Below are positions 15,051 through 22,948 of a DNA stretch of 32,518 bases, one piece after another (position 1 is the first letter of the stretch; each line of letters starts with the position of its first letter). The stretch covers positions 1-32,518 of the forward strand of contig JBKPCZ010000027.1 of the NCBI GenBank assembly GCA_046727665.1, written 5' to 3'. The DNA comes from Chloroflexota bacterium. GTDB lineage: Bacteria; Chloroflexota; Limnocylindria; P2-11E. A model generated the notes under the pieces. That model searched no databases. It was not told the origin of the DNA and was given only the letters and a program-made list of their open reading frames with translations. The translations under genes were made by a program, and so were the position numbers.

Positions 15051-16150
15051 CGCGCGCGCCGGCGCGCGTCCTCGAGCGCCCAGTCGACGAAGCGGGCCAG
15101 CAGATCGCCGAACTGGATGCCCGCGGCGCGCGCCGCCTTTGGCAGAAGGCTGTTGGCCGTCATCCCCGGGATCGTGTTGACCTCGAGGGTGACCATCCGG
15201 CCGCCGGACCACACGAGGTCCGTCCGGGACATGCCGCGGCAGCCGAGCGCCGCGTGCGCGCGCACCGCGATGTCCTGCGCGCGGCGCGCGACGTCGTCCG
15301 GGATGTGCGCGGGCACGATCTCCTCGCTCTCACCGGCGCTGTACTTCGCGGTGTAGTCGAAGAACTCGCGCTTCGTGACGATCTCGATGACCGGAAGCGG
15401 CACGAGCTCGTCGTTGCCGATCACCGCGACCGTCAGCTCTCTGCCGCCCAGCAGCTCCTCGACCATCGCGCGCTCGTCGTAGCGAAGGGCTTCGGCGATC
15501 GCGGACGCCAGCTGTGCGGCGGACGTGACGATCGCGGCGCCCACGCTGGATCCGCTCGCGACGGGTTTCACGAAGGCCGGGACGCCGATGGAGCCGGCGA
15601 GCGCGAGGTCATCGCCGCTCGCTGAGCTGACGACGACGCCGCGCGGCACGTCCAGACCTTCCGACGCGAGCACCTTCTTCGCCATGACCTTGTCCATCGC
15701 GAGGGCAGAGGCGAGGACGCCGGACCCGGTGTACGGGATCCCGATCGTGTCGAGCAGACCCTGGATCCGACCGTCCTCCCCCCACGTTCCGTGGAGCGCG
15801 AGCAGCACGACGTCGACCGGTCCGGAGCTGTTGGACATCGCCGTGGATGCCGGGACGATCGCCTTCTCCGCGCTCGTGATGTGCTCCTCGAGCCCCTTCG
15901 GCAGCTCGCGGGGCCGCTGGACGATCCCGCCGCTCTGCAGGAGCTCGCGCGCCTGGTCGCGCTGGGCGTCGCCGATCGACGGATTGCGGACCATCAGCGC
16001 CAGCGGATCGAGGAGCACGGATTCGAAGCGGTCCGCTGGCAGGCTCGCCGCGATCTGCGCGCCCGTGGCGAGCGAGATGTCGCGCTCGGCGGATGCACCG
16101 CCAGTCAGGATGCCGACACGGATCCGCTTCGAGCGCTGGGAATCAGTCAC
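15047..16150 (-). CDS. ddl: D-alanine--D-alanine ligase
   Basis: 367 aa, GTG start 16150. Motifs: RVGILTGGASAERDISL, LALHGTWGEDGRIQGLLD, IPYTGSGVLASALAMDK, FVKPVASGSSVG, LEVNTIPGMT. Confidence 0.93.
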   Translation of the reverse strand: MTDSQRSKRIRVGILTGGASAERDISLATGAQIAASLPADRFESVLLDPLALMVRNPSIGDAQRDQARELLQSGGIVQRPRELPKGLEEHITSAEKAIVPASTAMSNSSGPVDVVLLALHGTWGEDGRIQGLLDTIGIPYTGSGVLASALAMDKVMAKKVLASEGLDVPRGVVVSSASGDDLALAGSIGVPAFVKPVASGSSVGAAIVTSAAQLASAIAEALRYDERAMVEELLGGRELTVAVIGNDELVPLPVIEIVTKREFFDYTAKYSAGESEEIVPAHIPDDVARRAQDIAVRAHAALGCRGMSRTDLVWSGGRMVTLEVNTIPGMTANSLLPKAARAAGIQFGDLLARFVDWALEDARRRAR

Positions 16151-16158
16151 GAGAGGTC

Positions 16159-16298
16159 CGCGCCGCGGGTGACGCGGCGAGTCGGGTTCTCGCGAGCGAG
16201 AGTTGAGCCCGCGGTACAGGTCGACGCACGAGAGGACGGCGGAGCGGGCGAGTTTCGAGCGAGCGAGAACCCCGAGCCGCGGCAGGACCCGCGGCGCG
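16159..16298 (-). repeat. Structured GC-rich intergenic repeat, composite form (copy A), filling the murB-ddl spacer
   Basis: An 11-bp closing stem pairs 16159..16169 (cgcgccgcggg) with 16288..16298 (cccgcggcgcg). An inner 10-bp stem pairs 16184..16193 with 16263..16272. Blocks 16190..16215 and 16242..16266 are identical to 29023..29048 and 29076..29100. The outer parts match copy C (8942..8995) in inverted orientation. Confidence 0.85.
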
Positions 16299-16309
16299 CA
16301 TGCGGAGGA

Positions 16310-17182
16310 TCACCACTCGCCGACCAGCTCGACTTCCGGCACGAGCTCGACGCCGAACTTCTCGCGCACTTCTTTCTGACAGCGCTCCATCAGTCGCCGG
16401 ACATCGTCGGCGCTCGCGTCGCCCACGTTGACGATGAAGTTCGCGTGCTTGGTGCTCACCATCGCGCCACCGTCGGTGGCGCCCTTCAGCCCCGCCGCCT
16501 CGATCAACCGTCCGGCGTGGTCGTCCGGCGGATTGCGGAAGATCGAGCCGGTGTTCGGCTGCGCGAGCGGTTGTTTCGCGATGCGCTCGTTCGCGATCTC
16601 CTTGATGCGCTTCACCGCGCTGGCGCGATCTCCGGGTCTGCCGCGGAATCGCGCGCTCACGACGACGATCGGTGTCTTCTGCAGGTTGGACGTGCGGTAG
16701 GCGAAGCCGAGGTCCGCGTTCCCGACCGTCCAGGTATCCCCGTTCAGGTCCATGAGGGTCGCGCCGACGAGCACGTCCTTGGTCTCGCTGCCAAAGGCGC
16801 CCGCGTTCCCGTGCACCGCACCGCCAACGGTACCGGGGACCGTCGCCATCCACTCGAGCCCGGCGATGGCGTTGCGGGCCGCGACAGCGGCGACCGACGC
16901 GAGGGGCGTTCCCGATGAGGCCGTGATCGTCACGCCGTCGACCGACGTCTCGCTCCAGTCGTTCTGCAGGACGACGCCGCGGATGCCGCGATCCGAGACG
17001 AGCATGTTCGTGCCGCCGCCGAGCATGAGCACCGACAGCTCGTGCTCGCGTGCGACCGCGATCGCGCCGATGAGGTCGCGTTCCGTCGTGACGCGCACGA
17101 AGTAGTCGGCCGGCCCGCCGATGTGCAGCGAGGTGTGTTTGCGCATCGGCTCGTCGCGGACGCCGAACGGGAGCAGCTTCAC
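16310..17182 (-). CDS. murB: UDP-N-acetylenolpyruvoylglucosamine reductase
   Basis: 290 aa. EPMRKHTSLHIGGPADYF and LGGGTNMLVSD mark the FAD-binding domain. Also present: GSIFRNP and GGAMVSTKHANFIVN. The GTG start forms a GTGA overlap with the murC stop (17179..17182). Confidence 0.93.
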   Translation of the reverse strand: MKLLPFGVRDEPMRKHTSLHIGGPADYFVRVTTERDLIGAIAVAREHELSVLMLGGGTNMLVSDRGIRGVVLQNDWSETSVDGVTITASSGTPLASVAAVAARNAIAGLEWMATVPGTVGGAVHGNAGAFGSETKDVLVGATLMDLNGDTWTVGNADLGFAYRTSNLQKTPIVVVSARFRGRPGDRASAVKRIKEIANERIAKQPLAQPNTGSIFRNPPDDHAGRLIEAAGLKGATDGGAMVSTKHANFIVNVGDASADDVRRLMERCQKEVREKFGVELVPEVELVGEW

Positions 17183-18504
17183 ACCGGCGTCCGGAGCAGC
17201 TCGAGCAGTCGCTGGCCGACCGGCCGGACGTCACCCGCGCCCATCACGAGCACGACGTCGCCCGGTCCCACGAGGTCTGCGGTCAGGCGCGCGGCCTCCT
17301 CGCCATCGCGCGCATAGCGTCCGCCCACTGCTTCCGCCAGCGCTTTCGCGCGCGACTCGGCCTCGGGTCGCTCGCGCGCGGATGAGAACGTTTCGACGAT
17401 CACGACGGCGCGCGCGCGTCGTAGCGCGCCGGCGAACTCGTCGAAGAACTTCGCCAGGCGGCTCGGCGTGTGTGGCTGGAAGACGACGACCGCGTTCTCG
17501 AACGCGCTGAGGCCGACGGCGATCTCGGCCGGCATGTGCGCGTAATCGTCCACGACACGCACACCGCCGGCGGTCCCGAGCGGCTCGAGGCGCCGCTCGA
17601 CCCCGGTGAATTCCGAGACCCCGAGCGCAGCTTCGTCCTTGCGCACGCCGAAGGTGTATGCGGCGAGAAAAGCGCCGGCCGCGTTCAGGGCGTTGTGCTG
17701 CCCCGGGATCTGCAGGCTGATGTGGATGTCGCCCCCGAGCGTGTAGACCTTGTCGGTGTCCCGCGTTACGCGCAGGTCGGCGCGATCAGTGGTGCCGTAG
17801 GTGAGCACGTCGCGCCCGAGTTGACGCGTCGCATAGTCGGCGAGCTCTGTCGCGCCCGCGTCATCCGCGCAGGCCACCAGCGTGCCGCGGGGCAATAGAC
17901 GTCGGGCGAAGGTGTGGAAGGCGTCGCGGTACGACTCGCGCGTGGGGAACACGTCGACGTGATCGTGATCGACCGTCGTCACGAGCGCGACGAGCGGCTC
18001 GAGCGCGTGGAACGTGTTGTCGTACTCGTCGGCCTCGATCACGAGGACATCGCTGTCGCCGGCGTGCGCGTTCGAGCCGAGTCCGCGCAGGACCGCACCG
18101 CAGATGAGCGACGCGTCCACGTTCCCGGCGCGCAGTGCCGACCAAACGAGGGCTGTCGTCGTCGACTTGCCGTGCGTTCCGGCGACCGCGATCACGCGCT
18201 TGCCCTTGGCGAGGAAGCGCCAGGCGTCTTCGCGCTTCCACACCGGGATCCCGCGCCGGAGCGCCTCGGCGACCTCGACGTTGTCCTCCTTGTAGGCGCT
18301 CGAGCGCAGGACGACGTCCGTGCCGGGGACGTGCTCGGCGGCGAAGCGCTCGTGCACTGCGGCACCTTCCCGTGCGAGGGCCTCGGCCAGCGGCCAGTGG
18401 CCGTTATCCGAGCCGGTCACCCCGTGACCGCCGGCCAGGAGGAGCTTCGCGACCGCGGACATCCCCGCGCCGCCGATACCGACGACGTGGATCCTCACGC
18501 GCAC
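17179..18504 (-). CDS. murC: UDP-N-acetylmuramate--L-alanine ligase
   Basis: 441 aa. Motifs: HVVGIGGAGMSAVAKLL, GSDNG, VAGTHGKSTTTALV, DEYD. The start is GTG 18504, or GTG 18498, which would give a GTGA overlap with the murG stop. Confidence 0.93.
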   Translation of the reverse strand: MRVRIHVVGIGGAGMSAVAKLLLAGGHGVTGSDNGHWPLAEALAREGAAVHERFAAEHVPGTDVVLRSSAYKEDNVEVAEALRRGIPVWKREDAWRFLAKGKRVIAVAGTHGKSTTTALVWSALRAGNVDASLICGAVLRGLGSNAHAGDSDVLVIEADEYDNTFHALEPLVALVTTVDHDHVDVFPTRESYRDAFHTFARRLLPRGTLVACADDAGATELADYATRQLGRDVLTYGTTDRADLRVTRDTDKVYTLGGDIHISLQIPGQHNALNAAGAFLAAYTFGVRKDEAALGVSEFTGVERRLEPLGTAGGVRVVDDYAHMPAEIAVGLSAFENAVVVFQPHTPSRLAKFFDEFAGALRRARAVVIVETFSSARERPEAESRAKALAEAVGGRYARDGEEAARLTADLVGPGDVVLVMGAGDVRPVGQRLLELLRTPV

Positions 18505-19634
18505 CCGCCGAGAGCGAGCAGCTCTCGCGCGATCTCCGTCGCGGCATGGGGACGCCCGGCGGCGCGCGCGGCGTTCGCCATGCGGCGCAGCCGGTCGGGG
18601 TTCTGCAGCAGGCCGGTCACCTGCGCGGTGAACCGGTCGCCGTCGAGCTCTCCCTCGCGCATGCTGATGGCGGCGCCCGTCTCCACCATCGCGCGCGCGT
18701 TCGCCTCCTGATGGCCCTCCATCGCCGCGCCGAACGGGATGAGCAGCAGCGGCACGCCGAACGCGAGCGGCTCGGCGATCGACGAGGCGCCGGCGCGTCC
18801 GATCGCGAGGTCCGCCGCCGCGAGCGCGCCGCCCATCTCGTCACCCAGGACCGGGCGGACGATGTATCGGTCGCGCGCGTCGTCCGGCAGATTCGCGCGG
18901 CGCGCGTCGGCGCGTGCGCCGTGCTTCTCGCCGGTGATGTGCAGCACGTACGCCCGGCGAATGATCCGAGCGAGCGCCGACCACAGTGCGTCGTTCACGC
19001 GCTCGGAGCCCTGACTCCCGCCGCTCACGACGACGAGCGTCGCGTCCGCGGGGACGGCGAAGGCCTCGCGGCCTCGCTCGCGGGTCCACTTCAGCAGCGA
19101 GGCGCGGATCGGCGTGCCCGCGAGGACGGTGCGGCCGCGCGGCAACGCGTGGCGCGCCTGCTCGTAGGTGACGCCGATGCGCGAGCTGACCCGGGCGAGC
19201 AGGCGGGTGGCGCGGCCGGGCAGCGCGTTGCCGTCCCAGAGGTAGACCGGGACGAACGTGGCTCGCGCGGCGAGCGTCACCGGTATCGCGACAACGCCGC
19301 CGGTCGTGCAGCACACGTCGGGACGGAACCGGATGAGCGCGACGAGGGCGTCGAAGAACGCGAGTGGGACGCTCGCGAGCGTCTTCAGCAGCGCGAGGCG
19401 CGACTCGGGATCGCGCAGCGATGGCATCGGGGTCGCGTGGAACGGGATGCCGGCGGCCGGCACGAGCTCAGCCTCGCGCCCGCGACGACCACCGAGGAAC
19501 AGGAATCCCACCTCTGGATCGATCTCGCGCAGGGCCTCCGCGATCGCGAGCAGCGGGCTGACGTGCCCGCCGGTCCCGCCTCCGACGAGGAGCACGCGGC
19601 ACGGTCGCTGGCGCCGGCGCGGCCTGTCGTCCAA
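18495..19634 (-). CDS. murG: Undecaprenyldiphospho-muramoylpentapeptide beta-N-acetylglucosaminyltransferase
   Basis: 379 aa from TTG 19634; an alternative GTG lies at 19595 (VLLVGGGTGGHVSPLLAIAEAL, G-loop 1). Also SGGSQGS and GASSIAE. The 5' end overlaps the ftsW reading frame. Confidence 0.9.
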   Translation of the reverse strand: MDDRPRRRQRPCRVLLVGGGTGGHVSPLLAIAEALREIDPEVGFLFLGGRRGREAELVPAAGIPFHATPMPSLRDPESRLALLKTLASVPLAFFDALVALIRFRPDVCCTTGGVVAIPVTLAARATFVPVYLWDGNALPGRATRLLARVSSRIGVTYEQARHALPRGRTVLAGTPIRASLLKWTRERGREAFAVPADATLVVVSGGSQGSERVNDALWSALARIIRRAYVLHITGEKHGARADARRANLPDDARDRYIVRPVLGDEMGGALAAADLAIGRAGASSIAEPLAFGVPLLLIPFGAAMEGHQEANARAMVETGAAISMREGELDGDRFTAQVTGLLQNPDRLRRMANAARAAGRPHAATEIARELLALGGCA

Positions 19635-20724
19635 CGTTGAGGAGGATACCGACCGCGATGAGTCCCACGCAGAGCGACGATCCGCCGTACGAGATGAATG
19701 GCAGGGTGATGCCCGTCATCGGCACCAGGCTCGCGACGACGGCCATGTTCACCCAGGCCTGGAACACGAGCCAGGTGGTGACGCCCGTCGCGATGAGGGC
19801 GCCTGTCGCATCCGGCGCGCGCAGCGCGATGCGTACGCCGCGGTATCCCAGCACCAGGAACAGGGTGATCACAGCGAGCGTGCCGGCGAGACCGAGCTCG
19901 TCCCCGAGGATGGCGAAGATCGAGTCGGTGTACGGGAACGGCAGGTAACCGAACTTCTCCCGCCCGGCACCCAGGCCCTCGCCGAAGAGACCGCCGAGCG
20001 CCAGCCCGTACAAGGACTGGATGGCCTGATAGCCCTTGTCGCGCGGGTCGCTCCACGGATCGAGAAAGGTGGTGATGCGCTGCAGCCGGTAGGCGCTGGT
20101 GAGCGCGCCGGCGAGCGCGACGACGATCGCCAGCGATGCGAGCGCCGCGAAGACGCGTAGCCGCGCGCCGGCGGCGAAGTACATGACGAGCGCGACGACG
20201 CCGATGACGATCGCCGTCCCGAGATCGGGCTCGATGAAGACGAGCGCGGAGAGGATGGCGGTGACGATGAACACGCCGACCATCACGCCGGGCGCGGCGA
20301 TGCGATCGCGCCGGGCTCCGAGCCAGGCGGCGAGGTAGAGGATCAGCGCGAGCTTCGCGAACTCCGCGGGCTGGAGGCCGACCGGTCCCACTCGCAGCCA
20401 CCGGGCCGCCCCGTTCACGCTGGTCCCCACACCCGGAACGAGCACCGCTGCGAGCAGCGCGATCGCGACGACGAGCAGCGGCAGCGACAGCACGCGGTAG
20501 CGGTGATAGTCGATCCGCGTCGCGGCGAGCATGCCGACCAGGCCGAGCGCGGCCCAAAGGGACTGCCAGCCCAGGAAGTAGCGCGGGTCGTCGAGCGCGT
20601 CGAGCGCCTTGATGCCGCTCGCGCTGTACACCAGCGCGATCCCGAGGAGCGTGAGCGCCAGGACGACAACGACAAGGACGAGGTCGTAGGACGTCGTGCG
20701 AGGCACGCGGGGCAGAAGCCTCAC
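19468..20724 (-). CDS. ftsW: SEDS-family peptidoglycan glycosyltransferase FtsW
   Basis: ORF 19468..21129 trimmed to GTG 20724, a GTGA overlap with the murD stop. It is multi-TM, with LQPAEFAKLALILYLAA, FIEPDLGTAIV, YLPFPYTDSIFAILGDELGLAG and LPFISYGGSSL. The last 50 aa or so are Arg/Pro-rich and are encoded in the murG overlap. Confidence 0.9.
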   Translation of the reverse strand: MRLLPRVPRTTSYDLVLVVVVLALTLLGIALVYSASGIKALDALDDPRYFLGWQSLWAALGLVGMLAATRIDYHRYRVLSLPLLVVAIALLAAVLVPGVGTSVNGAARWLRVGPVGLQPAEFAKLALILYLAAWLGARRDRIAAPGVMVGVFIVTAILSALVFIEPDLGTAIVIGVVALVMYFAAGARLRVFAALASLAIVVALAGALTSAYRLQRITTFLDPWSDPRDKGYQAIQSLYGLALGGLFGEGLGAGREKFGYLPFPYTDSIFAILGDELGLAGTLAVITLFLVLGYRGVRIALRAPDATGALIATGVTTWLVFQAWVNMAVVASLVPMTGITLPFISYGGSSLCVGLIAVGILLNVGRQAAPAPATVPRAPRRRRDRRARQPAARDRGGPARDRSRGGIPVPRWSSRARG

Positions 20725-22145
20725 GAGCGCACCGGTTCGGTGAACGCGCGCACCAGTGCCGCGAAGCGCTCGCCGCGCTCGTCGGCGGACTTGAACATGT
20801 CGAACGACGCGCACGCGGGTGAAAGCAGCGCGACGTCGCCGGGCTGCGCGATGGCGCGCACGGCCGTGACCGCGGCCTCCAGGCTCGCCGCGCGCTCGAC
20901 GCGCAGCGCCATGCCGGGAGCGGACGCGGCGTGGATCGCGCCGGCGATCTCCTCGGCCGCAGCTCCGATGAGCACGGCGCCGCGCGCGCGCCGGACGAGC
21001 TCGCGCGCGAGAAGGCTGAAGTCGGCCCCTTTCGCGATGCCACCGAGGATCACGACCGCGGGCCGATCGAACGCCGCTAGGGCCATGAGCGTCGCGGCCG
21101 GCGTCGTCGCAGCGGAGTCGTTCACCCACAGCACTCCCTCGTGCTCGGCGACCGTCTCCAGGCGCCGCGGTACACCCTCGAACTCGCGCAGCGCTGCGCC
21201 GATGGCCTCCGGCGCGATGTCGTAGACGCTGCCCACGATCGCGGCCGCGAGCGCGTTCGCGACGTTGTGCCGGCCTGGGATGCGAAGCTCGCTCTCGGCG
21301 AGCAGTGGCGTCCGGTGCTCACCGTCGATGAGCACGAGCCGGCCCTGCTCGTCGAGGAACGCGCCGTGCCGCGGGTGCTGCGTCAGCGAGAAGCCGCGCA
21401 CTTCCGACGCGGCACCCGTGTGCATCGCGAGGACGGTCGCGTCATCGAGGTTGAGGACGGCGACGTCATGCGTGCCCTGCCAGGCGACGATGTTCCGCTT
21501 CGCGGCGATGTAGTTCTCGCGAGTGCCGTGATGATCGAGGTGATCCTCGCTGATGTTCGTGACGACCGCGACGTGCGGGCTGCGATCCAGCGTCTCCAGC
21601 TGGAAGCTCGAGAGCTCGAGCACCACGATGTCGTCCTTCTGGAGCGTGTCGAGCTCCTGGATGACCGAGAGCCCGATGTTGCCACCGACGATCACCCGTC
21701 GCGGTCCGCGGGACAGGATGCGGCCGATCATGGTCGTCGTCGTGGTCTTTCCCTTCGTGCCGGTGATACCCACGATCGGCGCGGGGCACAGGCGGAAGAA
21801 GAGACCGATCTCGGTGAGCACCGGGATCCCTCGCTGCAGAGCGCGGAGGATCGTCGCGGACCGGGGCCGGACGCCGGGGATCACGAAGGCGAAGTCCGGG
21901 TCGGCCAGCGCCGCATCGTCGCTCGAGGGACCGAGATTGAGCTCCGCCGGGGTATCGCCAAGGCGCGCCAGGCCTTCGCTCAGCTCCTCGCGCGGCTTCG
22001 CATCGGTGATGGTCACCCGTGCACCGCAGGAGACGAGGAACCTCGCGAGCCCGGCGGTCGTGCGGCCCTTCCCCAGCCCGACGATGGTCACGCGCCGCCC
22101 GCGGAAGTCCTCGCGGTGGACATCGGCGTCGAACAGCAGGCTCAT
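20721..22145 (-). CDS. murD: UDP-N-acetylmuramoylalanine--D-glutamate ligase
   Basis: ORF 20721..22664 trimmed to ATG 22145, an ATGA overlap with the pgeF stop. Motifs: MSLLFDADVHREDFRGRRVTIVGLGKGRTTAGLARFL, GITGTKGKTTTTTMI, NISEDHLDHHG. Confidence 0.93.
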   Translation of the reverse strand: MSLLFDADVHREDFRGRRVTIVGLGKGRTTAGLARFLVSCGARVTITDAKPREELSEGLARLGDTPAELNLGPSSDDAALADPDFAFVIPGVRPRSATILRALQRGIPVLTEIGLFFRLCPAPIVGITGTKGKTTTTTMIGRILSRGPRRVIVGGNIGLSVIQELDTLQKDDIVVLELSSFQLETLDRSPHVAVVTNISEDHLDHHGTRENYIAAKRNIVAWQGTHDVAVLNLDDATVLAMHTGAASEVRGFSLTQHPRHGAFLDEQGRLVLIDGEHRTPLLAESELRIPGRHNVANALAAAIVGSVYDIAPEAIGAALREFEGVPRRLETVAEHEGVLWVNDSAATTPAATLMALAAFDRPAVVILGGIAKGADFSLLARELVRRARGAVLIGAAAEEIAGAIHAASAPGMALRVERAASLEAAVTAVRAIAQPGDVALLSPACASFDMFKSADERGERFAALVRAFTEPVRS

Positions 22146-22948
22146 GCTCGGGGATGGGCGGGCATAGAGGCCCCGCCTGGTCGTCCGATGAACCCGAGCT
22201 GCGTGCCGTAGACACCATCGGGACCGCGACCGCGATAGGACCAGAGGTCGGCGCCACCGGAGAGCGTGCATACGCCGGAGATCTCGATGCGGGCCACGCC
22301 CGCCGAACGCAGCTGTGCGGTATTCGCGGCCCAGAGGTCCATCACGATCCGATCGTCCACCCTGCGCAGGGAGCTCTCGCCGATGCGATCGTTGACGATC
22401 GTCGCACGCTCCATGTCGATCGCATAGCAGCACGGCCCGATCGCGGGCCCGAGCGACGCGACGAGCCGCTCGCGCGCGGCGCCCCCCGCCACCATCGCTT
22501 CCACGAGCGCCTCGGCGACGCGCAGTGTCGTGCCCTGCCAGCCCGCGTGCGCCGCGCCGATCGGTCCCTCGGGATCGGCGACGAGGACCGGCACGCAGTC
22601 GGCGGCCGCGATGCCGAGCAGCACGCCCGGGCGGTCGCTCCAGAGCGCGTCCGCCGCTGGCCACGGTTCGACGGGCCCATCGAGACGCACCACGTCCTTT
22701 CCGTGCAGCTGCTTCACGCGCGCGACGGCGGCGAAGCCGAGCGTCCGCGCGAGCGCGGCGCGGTTGCGCGCCTGCTCCTCGAGCGGGTGACGCGACCCCG
22801 CAAGGCTGCCCTGCGCCCGCGTCGTGAAGCCCCCGACGAGACCGAGTGCGCCCAGCAGCGGCGACCAGAGCATCCCGTCGCGTTCGACCCAGGTGCCGCG
22901 CCAGATCTTCCGCGGCGCACGCGCGGCTGCGCGAGAGGCGCGGCTCAC
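22142..22948 (-). CDS. pgeF: YfiH/PgeF (DUF152) purine nucleoside phosphorylase/laccase-domain protein, peptidoglycan editing factor family
   Basis: 268 aa. Motifs: KQLHGKDVV, AADCVPVLV, AAHAGWQGT, GPAIGPCCYAI, SYRG. The GTG start forms a GTGA overlap with the mraY stop (22945..22948). Its stop overlaps the murD ATG. Confidence 0.85.
   Translation of the reverse strand: MSRASRAAARAPRKIWRGTWVERDGMLWSPLLGALGLVGGFTTRAQGSLAGSRHPLEEQARNRAALARTLGFAAVARVKQLHGKDVVRLDGPVEPWPAADALWSDRPGVLLGIAAADCVPVLVADPEGPIGAAHAGWQGTTLRVAEALVEAMVAGGAARERLVASLGPAIGPCCYAIDMERATIVNDRIGESSLRRVDDRIVMDLWAANTAQLRSAGVARIEISGVCTLSGGADLWSYRGRGPDGVYGTQLGFIGRPGGASMPAHPRA

Noticed and set aside
15815-16010. An apparently long insertion in Ddl between the N-terminal Rossmann strand (LLDP) and the HG.WGEDG motif.
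   Set aside because: It is only about 20 residues longer than the corresponding loop in DdlA-type and Thermus-type enzymes as I recall them. This is within normal family variation.
16143-16313. 56-codon open frame bridging murB and ddl. Its GTG forms a GTGA overlap with the murB stop, and it ends 8 nt into ddl. The arrangement is MIRU-like.
   Set aside because: The same repeat in copy B has a centre one nt longer, so the two conserved blocks fall in different frames there. Conservation is therefore at the nucleotide/structure level, not the peptide level. An open frame of this length is unremarkable at this GC content. It is kept only as a caveat in the copy A finding.
19385-21043. 552-aa minus-strand ORF in an alternative frame over ftsW/murD.
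   Set aside because: It is an off-frame shadow with Arg/Pro/Ala/Ser-rich content. The FtsW frame carries the SEDS motifs.
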